Shown: piece by piece, positions 51,601-63,718 of the stretch | Layout of the letters: each line of letters begins with the position of its first letter | How positions within the stretch are numbered: the first letter of the stretch is position 1 | Origin: Octopus sinensis | Taxonomy: Eukaryota | NCBI RefSeq assembly: GCF_006345805.1 | Contig: NC_043020.1 | Location: 10,664,001 to 10,728,000, forward strand | Direction of reading: 5' to 3' | DNA: 64,000 nucleotides | Notes under the pieces: generated by a model | What the model was told of the DNA's origin: nothing | What the model saw: the letters and a program-made list of their open reading frames with translations, nothing else | The model's database searches: none | Made by a program: the position numbers and the translations under genes

Positions 51601-51630
51601 CGTTAAACGACGATGATGATGATGATGATA
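48620..51630 (+). mobile_element. 5'-truncated RTE-clade LINE: RT domain, PHD-like finger, C-terminal domain, 3' UTR and (GAT)n tail
   Basis: 478-aa ORF with NYRGIKLL, QFGF, FVDMEKAFDRV, GVHQGSVLSPLLF, YADDL; one frameshift near 50060; ORF ends at 50815; the 3' UTR has three ~157-nt units (50933, 51091, 51248). Confidence 0.96.
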
Positions 51631-51631
51631 T

Positions 51632-52415
51632 ATAATTGTTTCCTCATCAACAAAATATGCAAATTATACTCACATAATTGTCTATGAATCATCAGCAACA
51701 TTTGTCGATGCAATTAATCATAATTGAGTATAATTTGCATATTTTGTTGATGAAGAAACAATTGTGCAACATTAATCCATTTTTTTAGTTGTATTTCAAT
51801 TTCATTACATTGAGGGTAGTGCTATTTCTATGTGGAATTATCGTTCGCGACTATACCGGTGGAGCTATTTCTAGCACTAGAGTTAACATATTCAAAGTTG
51901 GCTCTCTTATATTTACGGATAAATATGTATTTGTCTCCCTGGTTTATTGTGCTAGGTCGCTTGGTGTTAAAATAAGGGTATTATTGAATTAATATCTAAA
52001 ATTGTTTTCACCCTCATTATTGAATTTATGAATTTGATACGCTGCAGTAAATATTACATGCGGTATTCACTTCCACTAAGTCTTAGCATTTGCTTTCGGC
52101 GGGGAATTTGTAACTACAACCCTGAATGTAATTGATCAGACCACATGGGTAATCGTCGCCTGTAAGGGTCTGATTAATTGCATCGACAAATGTTGCTGAT
52201 GATTCATAGACAATTATGTGAGGATAATTTGCATATTTTGTTGATGAAGAAACAATTGTGCAACATTAATCCATTTTTTTAGTTGTATTTCAATTTCATT
52301 ACATTGAGGGTAGTGCTATTTCTATGTGGAATTATCGTTCGCGACTATACCGGTGGAGCTATTTCTAGCACTAGAGTTAACATATTCAAAGTTGGCTCTC
52401 TTATATTTACGGATA
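51632..52415 (+). mobile_element. Ribozyme-bearing element: inverted ~90-nt head plus ~1.4 tandem copies of a 494-nt unit
   Basis: GAAACAATTGTGCAAC at 51755 and 52249; 51632-51720 is the reverse complement of the hammerhead segment. Confidence 0.8.
52191..52265 (+). ncRNA. Type I hammerhead motif with non-canonical GUG cleavage triplet
   Basis: TGTTG-CTGATGA-TTCAT...ATGAA-GAAA-CAATTG-TG/CAACA. Confidence 0.65.
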
Positions 52416-52738
52416 TATATATATATGTATGGTGAGGAGCAATGGCCTAGTGGTTAAGGCAGCGGACTCGCGGTCATAGGATCGTGGTTTCAATTCCCAG
52501 ACCGGGCGTTGTGAGTGTTTATTGAACGAAAACACCTAAAGCTCCACGAGGCTCCGGCAGGGGGTGGTGGCGATCCCTGCTGTACTCTTTCGCCACAACT
52601 TTCTCTCACTCTTTCTTCTGTTGGCCTGCTCGCTTAGCCAGCGGGATGGCGTCATTTAAAGGCTAAAACAATGCGAAGCGCATTGTGACCAGCGATGTGT
52701 AACATCTGATGGCCTGGTCGGTCACAGTGATCACGGTG

Positions 52739-52772
<34 letters not shown>

Positions 52773-54119
52773 GTCGTTGTCGTCGTCATTATCGTCGTTT
52801 AACATCCGCTTTCCATGCTAGCATGGGTTGGACGATTCTGACTGAGTGCTGGCGAACTTGATGATCAGTTTTTCAAGAATATAGGCTTATTTTTAAAACT
52901 CACCTCAACATTTTCAAGTTTCACTTGGAAAGGAAAGTGAGGATAGAAAGAGAAGTGCTGCCTCCCAGCAATTTTATTAAAAGGCAGGTGTATGTAGTGC
53001 AGATGGCCCAAGTCAACAGGCCTACTCTAAGCATATTCCTTTAGAGTGAGGGCAGATGAAGTGGAGAGAGCACTTGCCCTACAGGTCAAGGCAATCACGG
53101 TTTTTGGGGGGGTTTCCATAAGCAGCCATTGGCAGTCTCCCTCTTTTGGGGATTTAATTGTTATAATTTTCATTTTTATTCTGCTTTTGCATGCCTCAAT
53201 CTCACTCTATTTGTGTTGTGTTATCCTCTGCAATCTCAAATCCCTTTTAGGATCCCTTAGTGGTAAATGAAGAAAACATTATTGTCATCATCATCATCAT
53301 CGCCGCCACCGCCATCATCATCATCATCATCATTATTATTAAGCACTTGAAAAGGAAGATGAAGTTAGAGAGGAGAGTGCTGTCTGATAGCAAGTTTTCT
53401 GAAAGGAGGGTGAATTGTGCAAGAATGGCCAGTATAAATGGACCAATTCTCAGGTTTCGCCTGTAATTGAAAAAGGTGTTATAAAAGGAGAAAGGGGCTC
53501 TCTACCCCCCTTTTCGTTGGCTTTTATGGGTTTTTCCACCAGGAACCTTTTGTGACGCCTCCCCCTATTGGGAGTTTTTCATTGTTATATTATTTGATTG
53601 TTACACTGTTTTTACACGATTTTTTCACAAACAGACCAAAACCCTCTGTAACCTTTCATCCTGTTTTGTCCCTTTATGTTTTCCAATCATGTGTGTCAGC
53701 CCTTGTGGCCAATAAAAAGAATTAATTATTATTATTATTAAGGTGGTGAGCTGGTAGATTCATTAGCATGCTGGGTAAAATGCTTAGTAGCAATATTGTC
53801 CCCCTCTACATTCTGAGTTCAAATTCTGCTAAGGTTCACTTTGCCTTTCATCCTTTCGGGGTCAATAAAATAAGTACCAGTTGAGTACAGGGGTCAGTGT
53901 AATTGAATGACCCCTGCCCCCCACAATAAGCAAAAAAGATTATTATTATTATTATTATTATTATTTTCTTCTTTCAATTTTGTTTCCAATTCTTGCCGAG
54001 TATCTTCCCAACACCTAGGGCAAAAAAACTCACTATATATATATATATATATATATAGAAATGGAAAGAAAGGAAGAGACATAAACAAGAGACCATGGCA
54101 CTACAATCAGCCAGGAACA

Positions 54120-54292
54120 GTCTTCGCTACATTTGCAGTACCTGCCAGAGGGAGTGTTTGTCCAGGATAGAACTACACAGCCACAGCAAGAAATGTAACA
54201 GGAAATAAAATATAACAGCCGGACTAGACCTAGAAAAAAAAAAAATGCGCAACTCCATTGTCTCCCGAGACAGAAAGGATGCCAAACAATTG
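54120..54292 (+). mobile_element. 3' fragment of an RTE/BovB-like LINE
   Basis: YICSTCQRECLSRIELHSHSKKC-type terminal Cys/His motif followed by CTCCATTGTCTCCCGAGACAGAAAGGATGCC. Confidence 0.55.
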
Positions 54293-54893
54293 GTAAGCCA
54301 TTAAAATAAAGACACCAGATTGTTCATTTACAAAGTCATGTGATAAACAAAAGGGGGGGGGGTACACAGAGAGAAAAAGGAATGAAAGAAAAAAGAAAAG
54401 AAAGTGGGAGGGAAAAAGGAAAGAAAATTCACAATAACACTGTTTTTCTAATTGCATTGTTATTCATTTACAATGAATGGTAATTTCGTTTTTGGATTTG
54501 GTTTGCAAGATTCTTTATGTGAGTTCGTGTGTTGAAGCATATTCTATTGTGTCTGGGGAGAGTCATTTTCTTTTTGTGCCTTGTAATGTAACACACTCAC
54601 CGGTAAAATTTCCACTTATTTCTTATTTTTATTTTCCTAAAATTTTCGTTGCGTCTTGCAGGAACAAAAAGAAAATGACTCTCCCCAGACACAATAGAAT
54701 GAATGGTAAATTACTACTAAATTGATCTTGCAAGCAGCTTTGGTATAAATTCCTTCTTTAATGCATAAGGAAAGAGATGAACATGATAACTTCTTCTTGC
54801 ACTCCCTCCTAACTCTCTCTACTTTCTCTCTCTCTCTCTCTCAGACTTCATACCAATGTTTGGTAAGCATTACTGAAAAGTCAACTGACTTAC

Positions 54894-55130
54894 CCTGGCG
54901 TCTTTAATTGTTAAATCAGCCCCATGATTAAGGAGCACTTGCATGACTTCTATGTTGCCGTTGGTTGCAGCATCTATAAGGGGCGTCACATGACCACATT
55001 CTTTGCCTCCGACATCATCTATATTGGCACCATGCTCGATCAGAACCTCCACTATGAGGTGGAAGCCAAGATTTGCAGCTTCATGTATCGGCATCCAACC
55101 GCAGTAGTCCCGTACGTTTATAGGCTGGCC
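54894..55130 (-). CDS. TONSL: TONSL exon: ankyrin repeats 2-3
   Basis: CTTCCAG|GGC...AGG|GTAAGT; GQPINVRDYCGWMPIHEAANLGFHLIVEVLIEHGANIDDVGGKECGHVTPLIDAATNGNIEV..., with the TONSL-diagnostic RDYCGW and DDxGGxxC motifs; 237 nt, phase 0/0. Confidence 0.96.
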
Positions 55131-57214
55131 CTGGAAGAGAACAATTATACATTAGATTATATATATTTCTTTACCGCACACAAGGGGCTAAACACAGAGG
55201 GAAGAAACAAGGACAGGCAAAGGGATTAAGTCGATTACATCGACCCCAGTGCATAACTGGTACTTAATTTATCGACTCTGAAAGGATGAAAGGCAAAGTC
55301 GACCTCGGCGGAATTTGAACTCGGAACGTATCGACAGACAGAAAACAGCTACACATTTCGCCTGGCATGCTAACGGTTCTGCCAGCTCGCCGCCTTTGAT
55401 TATATACTGATACACACACACACATCATCGTCATTTAACGTCCGTTTTCCGTGCTAGCACGGGTTGGACGGTTTGACCGGGTTCTAGGAAGCCAGGAGGC
55501 TGCACCAGGCTCCAGTCTGATCTGGCAGTGTTTCTACAGCTGGATGCCCTTCCTAACACCAACCACTCCGTGAGTGTAGTGGGTGCATTTTACGTGCTGT
55601 TTACATGCCACCAGCACAGAAGCCACTTAAGGCAGCGCTGGCATCGGCCACGTTCGGACGGTGCTTTTTACGTGCCACCGGCACAGAAGCCAGTCAAGGC
55701 GGCGCTGGTATCGGCCACGTTCAGATGGTGCTTTTTACGTGCCACCGGCACAGAAGCCAGTCAAGGCAGCGCTGGCATCGGCCACGTTCGCACGGTGCTT
55801 TTTACGTGCCACCGACACAGGTATCACAACTACTATTTCCATTTGATATTTATTTCGATGTTCATGTACTCGACTCAATAGGTCTCCTCAAGCACAGCAG
55901 GTTGTTCTGAAATCCACGTATATTGGAATTATATATCATCATCATTGTTTTAAGATCCACTCTTCCATGCTTTGTATAGGTCAGAATTTGTTGGGGCAGA
56001 TTTTCCATGGCCATCAACCCTCACTTGTTTCCCATCTAAGTAATGAATTCCCCATGACCAGGCTTATTTCCACAGAAGTTTGAAAACTAACGACATTGTT
56101 TGTGAGGGACGTAATGCCAATAAAAAAGAATCACACAAACTCGTTTTACTTCACCCTTTTTTTTTTAGTGTTATTGTGGAGGCACAATGGGCCAGTGGTT
56201 AGGGCAGCAGACTCGCGGCCGTAGGATCACAGTTTCGATCCCCAGACCGAGTATTATGAGTGTTTATTGAGCGAAAACACCTAAAGCTCCACGAGGCTCA
56301 GCAGGGGGTGGCGGCGAACCCTGCTATACTCTTTCCCCACAACTTTCTCTCACTCCTTCTTCCTGTTTCTGTTGTACCTGTATTTCAAAAGGGCCAGCCT
56401 TGTCACACCCTGTGTCACACTGAACCTCCCCAAGAACTACGTTAAGGGTACACGTGTCTGTGGAGTACTCAGCCACTTGCACGTTAATAAATGAGCAGGC
56501 TGTTCTGTTTGATCGGATCAACTGGAACTCTCGTCGCTGGAACCAACGCAGTGCCACGAGTATTATTAGTCAAATAGTTAATCGTGGCCATTGCCAACTT
56601 CGCCTGGCCTCCGTGCCAGTGGCACATAAAAAGCGCCATCCGATCGTGACCGTTTGTTAGCCTCGTCTGGCACGTAAAAAGCACCCATTACACACTCGCG
56701 GAGTGGTTGGCGTTAGGAAGGGCATCCAGCTGTAGAAACACTGCCAGATCAGACTGGGCCTGGTGCAGCCTTCTGGCTTCCCAGACCCCAGTTGCACCGT
56801 CCAACCCATGCTAGCACGGAAAACGGACGCTAAACGATGATGATGATGATGATGATTAATCATTTAACTAATTAGCTAATCATTCATTTGATTAATTGTT
56901 TGGTCAATCAGTCAATCAGTTAGGGTTTGTCAAAGTCCTCAGTTGTCCATTCATGGCCTTATCAATGACATGCTCTGTCTCGATTTCATGTTTGCCTGTC
57001 TCTTAGTTTAGAGCCCCCGTATTTTTGTATCTATATGTATATGTATGTGCGTGTGTGCGTATATGTGAGAAGAGAGAGAGAGAAAGAGAAGGAGAGAGAG
57101 TGAGTGAGTGAGTGAGCGTGTGTACGTAAATGGATGTCTGGACATATAGTATGGTGTGACTGATTAAACATTTATTCGTCTATGTATTATTCACTCATGG
57201 TGTGGCTGTGGCTG

Positions 57215-57977
57215 TGCTGGGGCACTGCCTTGAAAAAGTTTTGTCAAGCAAATTTTTGTAAAGCTTGGCACATCTTCTATTACTCTCCTTTGCCAAACCA
57301 CCAAGATATGGAGACACAAACACACCAACACTGGTTGTGAAGCAATGGTGAAGGGCAAACACAGAAGCAAAGGCACACACACACACTCACACAAACGCGC
57401 ACACACACATACAAACACACACATACCCTACCCACTTCTATTTACCACATCCATTCACAGTGCTTTGATAAGCTTGAGGCTATAATAGAAGACACCTGCC
57501 CAAGGTGCCCGGCAGTAGGACTGAACCCTGAACCTTGTGGTTGGGAGGCGGACTGCTTACCACACAGCGACATTTTATGGCCTTTTTCAACAGACTGCAA
57601 ACGTGGGCGTACATCAAAGCATGTAAGGTATTCAAATCTAGTGATTTCACTTATTTTAAGGATGGTACAGACCAAATAAAAATCTGCTTATCCTCTAACA
57701 CATTTATGTATGCGCCTATATTACTTGTGACCTGGTTATAACAACAGTTTAAAAGTTATTTTTTATCATTGAATGGCGGCAGTAAATATGAGCAAAGACA
57801 ATAATAATGTACTGCAATGAAAAGATCAAGATGTTGGTGAGTGGTAAGAAGTTTGCTTCCCAACCGCAAGGTTCTGGGTTCAGTCCTACTGCCGGGTACC
57901 TTGGGCAAGTGTCTTCTATTATAGCCTCAAGCTTATCAAAGCATTGTGAATGGATGTGGTAAATAGAAGTGGGTAGG

Positions 57978-58033
<56 letters not shown>

Positions 58034-58225
58034 TTGTGTGTGTGCATTTGTGTGTGTGCCTTTGCTTCTGTGTTTGCCCTCCACCATTGCTCGACAACCA
58101 GTGTTGGAGTGTTTATATCTCCATAACTTAGCGGTTTGGCAAAAGAGAGTAAAAGAAAATGTACCAAGCTGTAAAAAATTTGCTTGACAAAAATTTCTCA
58201 AGGCAGTGCGCCAGCAGAGCCACAG
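57215..58225. repeat. Inverted pair of one diverged family-A SINE copy
   Basis: Arms ~57215-57565 and ~57838-58225 share private variants (CATACCCTACCCACTTCTATTTACCACATCC, CACAGAAGCAAAGGCAC) absent from the other copies. Confidence 0.85.
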
Positions 58226-59844
58226 ACTAATGAAGGAAACAAGTAAAAGATAAAACCCTTTTGATGACAACCAGCCTGAGACTACCGATAGTTTTATGCC
58301 AGAACCTTACAGTTTTAACCCTCTAGTATTTAAACCGGCCATATCCGGCCAAAATATTTAATCTGTTTTATGTTCAAACTGACCAGATCCAGGCCCTCAC
58401 ACTTACCCTACAATGTTATTCTACATTAAGGCAGCGAGCAAGCAGAAGCGTTAGCACACCGGGCGAAATGCTTTCCGGTACTTCGTCTGCCGTTACGTTG
58501 TGAGTTCAAATTCCGCCGAGGTCAAAAGGCGGCGAGCTAGCAGAAGCGTTAGCACACCAGGCGAAATGCTTTCCGGTACTTTGTCTGCCGTTACGTTGTG
58601 AGTTCAAATTCCGCCGAGGTCGACTTTGCCTTTCATCCTTTCGGGGTTGATAAATTAAGTACCAGTTACGCACTGGGGTCGATGTAATCGACTAAATACC
58701 TATGTCTGTCCTTGTTTGTCCCCTCTATGTTTAGCCCCTTGTGGGTAATAAAGAAATAGTTATTCTACATTAAGTAATTACACCATCAAGATCTTGAAGA
58801 TATGAGACAATGCATGATTAATTCAAATCAATGGGAATCAATAAGCATTATTTTTGATTGAATAATCTGAACACTAAAGGGTTAAGGCGATCTCAGTCAG
58901 AATCTTCAGTCAAAATTTCCTGATAATTTAAGTTCCAAACACCAAATTTCTAAATGACAAACTTATTTTACTAAATTCTTAATTCTTTCCCAAATTATTT
59001 TCAATAGAAATATGGTAGCAAAAGAATTAAAGCCATCTAAATTGAAATTTTTCATCAAAATTTCATGTTAATTTAAGCTTCAAACACTATCTTAATGATC
59101 CTCTCTATTATAGGCACAAAGCCCGAAATTTTAGGGGAGGGGGTGCTAGTCGACTACAACCCCAGTCTTCAACTGGTATTTATTTCATTGACCACAAAGA
59201 GGATCAAGTACAGCAATCCACTACATATCTTGATCATCTGTCATCTCCTTCATATCATCATCATCATCGTTTAGCGTCCGCTTTCCATGCTGGCATGGGT
59301 TGGACGGTTCAACTGCGGTCTGTGAAGCCAGAAAGCTGCACCAGGCTCAGTCTGATCTGGCAGTGTTTCTACGGCTGGATGCCCTTCCTAACGCCAACCA
59401 CTCCGTGAGTGTTGTAGGTGCTTTTTACGTGCCACTGGCACAGGTGCCAGACGAGGCTGGCAAATGGCCACGATGGGGTAGGGCATTTTACGTGCCACCG
59501 GCACGGAGGCCAGGCGAGGTTGGCAATGGCCACGATCGGATGGTGCTTTTTACGTGCCACCGGCACGGAAGCCAGTCAGGGCGGCGCTGGCAGCAGCCAC
59601 GTTCGGATGGTTCTCTTATGTGCCAAATTATATGTACGATTTTAGAAACAAGATGGGACTAGTGAATTATCATGACTCCAGTAGGTAGCTGATGTTAATT
59701 ATACAGAATATAATTGACTAAACCCTTCCAGGTATAGCCCCTTTATGGTCAAAGTCTAATGACTGAAACAAGTGAAAGATGAAAGAGAACCCTTTTCATA
59801 CCAATCTGTCTGAGACTACCCTGAGCTTCATGACAGAAACTTAA

Positions 59845-60065
59845 GGCGGCGAGCTGGCAGAAACGTTAGCACGCAAGGCAAAATGCTTAGCGATATTTCG
59901 TCTGCCGTTACATTGTGAGTTCAAATTCCGCCGAGTTCGACTTTGCCTTTCATCTTTTCGGGGTCGATTAAATAAGTACCAGTTACGCGCTGGGGTCAAT
60001 ATAATCGACTTAATCTGTTTGTCCCCTCTGTGTTTAGCCCCTTGTGGGCAATAAAGAAATAGGAA
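59845..60065 (+). mobile_element. SINE family B (CORE-like central domain)
   Basis: GGCGGCGAGCTGGCAGAAACGTTAG...GAGTTCAAATTCC...GACTTTGCCTTTCATC...AAGTACCAG. Other copies at about 6190-6425, 17150-17395(-), 20285-20520, 39510-39730(-), 42265-42690, 45130-45295(-), 55170-55395(-), 58430-58760, 63040-63252(-). Confidence 0.85.
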
Positions 60066-61405
60066 ACTTACTGTTTCAAAGTCATCTAATCATAATCTTC
60101 CATGAAAATTTCATATTAATTTAACTTTCAAACACTAACTTAATTACCCCTTCTATTATAGGCACAAGACCTGAAAATTCAAGGCAGATGGATAGTCAAC
60201 TGCAGGAACCCTAGCCTTCAACTGGTACATATTTTACTGACCACAAAAGGATGAAAGGCAAACTCAACCTTAGCAGAATTTGAACTCAGAACATAAAGAC
60301 AACAGAAATCCTGTTAAGCATTCCACCTACTGTGGCAACAATTCTGCCAGCCCTGCCTTGCGTCAACTTAATAATGTCAAAGTTATTTTATTAAATTCTT
60401 CATTTTTGCCAAACTTGATTGAAACAAAAGCAATTTATTTCAATGGAAATATACTCTTTACTCTTACACTTTTACTTGTTTCAGTCATTTGACTGCGGCC
60501 ATGCTGGAACACTGCCTTTAGTCGAGCAAATCGACCCCAGGACTTATTCTTTGGAAGCCCAGTACTTATTCTATCAGTCTCTTTTGCCGAACCACTAAGT
60601 GACGGGAACGTACACACACCAGCATCGGTTGTTAAGCAATGCTAGGGGGACAAACACAGACACACAAACACACACATGCATACATATATACATATCTATA
60701 TATGACGGGCTTCTTTCAGTTTCCGTCTACCAAATCCACTCACAAGGCATTGGTCGGCCCGGGGCTATAGCAGAAGACACTTGCCCAAGATGCCACGCAG
60801 TGGGACTGAACCTGGAAGCATGTGGTTGGTTAGCAAGCTACTTACCACACAGCCACTCCTGCGTAACAAAAATGTTAATATGGCTTTGGACACACTTTTA
60901 GAAATTTAATAAACATTACAAAGGCATCCTCCAGGGGTAAAAAAAGGATTTCCTTCTGACCCCCACACTAATTCCTATACCCAGTACTTATTCCCCAGTA
61001 TATGACCTTTTAAATTGCTGTGTCCTCAGTTTCAAGAGTATTTTGTGTTTCCCCCACAGCCTTTCTTTGCATGACTAGCTTCTAAAAATATACACACACA
61101 AAAATAAACCAAAAAAAACCCCAGAAAACTAAAAAATAATTGTTGTTGTGCAACAAAGTTAATAAATAAAAATCCCACCACACCTGTTTTTTTACGGAAA
61201 TAGAGTGACCCGCAAAAGTTTACAACACAGTCAAAATCCAAGTTTACATATATATTGAGCAAACACAAGCTAATGAAATTTCCACCATTTATGAAGATTA
61301 GAATTACATAATAATGACTGGAAAAAATTTTATATGGAAAAACGTTGAAATTCAAAATGCAACAGTTTAAAGCACATTCAAATCAGTTGAATAATTTTCC
61401 AGATA

Positions 61406-61792
61406 TCTCTCTCTATATAAACGGCAGTTTGTCTGTGCGTGTTTCTGTGTGTCTGTTTGTTTGTACCCTCACTCTGACCACGGCTTTCAACCGATTCTGA
61501 TGAAACTTGACACACACATAGCCCAATGTCATAATTCAAAACTAACGCAGCGAAAATTTTGAAAAGTTCCCCCATTTCAGAAAAAGATCGATAAATTCGA
61601 CATGGGGTCGACAATCAGAAACACAAACCGCAGATGGTGTAGGGGACGCAACTCGGCCTTTTTAACTATCAAAAAAAAATTTACCATAATTTTTTTCCCA
61701 ATTTTTTTTGCTATTTTTTGGCTATAACTCTCTAAAAGTGCTTTATAGTTATTTCCCTTACAAACCCGAGCAACGCCGGGCGATACTGCTAG
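61406..61792 (+). mobile_element. Non-autonomous Helitron
   Basis: A|TC start, subterminal hairpin CCCGAGCAACGCCGGG (61765-61780), CTAG|T end; related fragments at about 33740-33855 (5' end) and 29460-29485 (3' end). Confidence 0.82.
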
Positions 61793-62909
61793 TTTTGAAT
61801 AAAAATGATTTTTTGTTTTCCTCCCAGAATATCTATAATGTTCTAGAAGATTCCCTTTTATTCTCTTTTACTTGTTTCAGTCATTTGACTGTGGCCATGC
61901 TGGAGCACCGCCTTTAGTCGAGCAAATCAACCCCAGGACTTATTCTTTGTAAGCCTAGTACTTATTCTATGAATCTCTTTTGCCGAACTGCTAAGTTACG
62001 GGGACATAAACACACGAGCATCGGTTGTCAAGCGATGTTGGGGGGGACAAACACAAACACACAAACCTATACACACACATACATAGATACATATATACGA
62101 CAGGCTTCTTTCAGTTTCTATCTGCCAAATCCACCAATATGCCTTCTAATATAGCCATGGCCAATTTGTGAGTGAATTTTGTATATAGAAACACCTATTG
62201 TTTATATGTATATGTTGTGTGTGTGTGTGTGTGGTGTGTGTGTGTGTGAAAGAGAGAGAAAATGAGTTTGTGTTTTGTGCTTGTAACTCCACAGCTTGGC
62301 AACCAGTAATGGTTTGTTTACATTCCTGTAACTTAGTGGTCTGGCATATGAGACAAATAGAATAAGTACCAGACTTTAAAATAAGTACTGGACTCACAAA
62401 GCAGTGCTCCAGTGTGGACACAGTCCAATGACTAAAATAACAAAACAATAAAGATAAAAGATATACAACTTTTGTTGTATGATAACAAATTCAATATAAA
62501 TGAAAAAAATAAAAACATCTTGTTGTGCCTAGGGAGGGTCATCAGGCCAGTATAAGAATAAGCACACATACACTGGTTCGATATCACTTCTTTATTTTTT
62601 TTTGTCAATCAGTCAAATATCTAATCAACTGTTTATTTAGATGCTTAATGTAATGATTGAACAATCAGTCAGTTGTTTATCAGAGCCCGTTCATCTCCAT
62701 TTGCAATCTTTTCAATAACATGCCCTTCACTCTTCAAGTCTGCCCGCAGTCCAATTATTAGTCTTATACCTATGTGTTTGTATGCATGGAGGTGTGTGTG
62801 TGTTTACAAAAATGAAGTATAAAAACATAAGTACTTTAAAGTACTCCCACAAACACCCACACACACTAAGGAACCAACAGTAGCAAGACTAGGTAAATAA
62901 AGCAAGTAC

Positions 62910-62996
62910 CTGTTTAATCAGCAACTCCACACGTTTCAAATTGCCTTCTATGCATGCTCGATGTAAAGGAGTTTCACCTTTTTCATTTCTCTTCAC
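62910..62996 (-). CDS. TONSL: TONSL exon (first in window): ankyrin repeat 1
   Basis: TTTTTTGCCAG|GTG...AAACAG|GTACTT; translates [29 protein letters not shown], matching the remembered human TONSL [28 protein letters not shown]; 87 nt, phase 0/0; too short for the ORF track. Confidence 0.93.
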
Positions 62997-63661
62997 CTGG
63001 CAAAAAATATTGACAAACAACAAAATATAAGATATACTAATTTCTTTACTACCCACAAGGGGCTAAACACAGAGGGGGACAAACAAGGACAGACAACGAC
63101 CCCAGTGCGTGACTGGTACTTAATTTATCGACCCCGAAAGGATGAAAGGCAAAGTCGACCTCGGCGGAATTTGAACTCACAGCGTAACGACAGACGAAAT
63201 ACGGCTACGCATTTCGCCCGGCATGCTAACGATTCTACCAGCTCGCCGCCTTATACTAGCGTGCACATACCGTTGCTAATTAAGGTAAATATGTTTATCA
63301 TATGTAATTAAATGTCTTCAAAAAGATAATGAAATGTAATTAAAAGCCATCGTCATTTAACATCCACTTTTCTATGCTTGCATAACATCACACAGAATTT
63401 CTACAGCCGGGTGCTCTACCTGTTGCCAACCATTACCTGTTTCCAGGCAAGGTAATAATTCCCTGTGCATGTATGTGTATGTGGGAGAGAGAAAGAGAAA
63501 AGATTGGAAATAAATAACATTGTTTGTATGATGTGATGGGAATAGTTATTGACTAGAAACGGTTAAAAACAAAAACAAGAATCTAATATTCTGATGCTTT
63601 TTCATTCCATTTTCTCATACTATACATGTGTGCGTGTATGAGTGTGTGTGTATATATATAA

Positions 63662-63718
<57 letters not shown>

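Noticed and set aside
11755-56250. tRNA-like heads with A/B boxes
   Set aside because: They are SINE 5' regions running into SINE bodies; no complete cloverleaf tRNA gene was seen.
62540-62600. Minus-strand CTGATGA next to a hairpin (possible type III hammerhead)
   Set aside because: No GAAA or stem III partner downstream.
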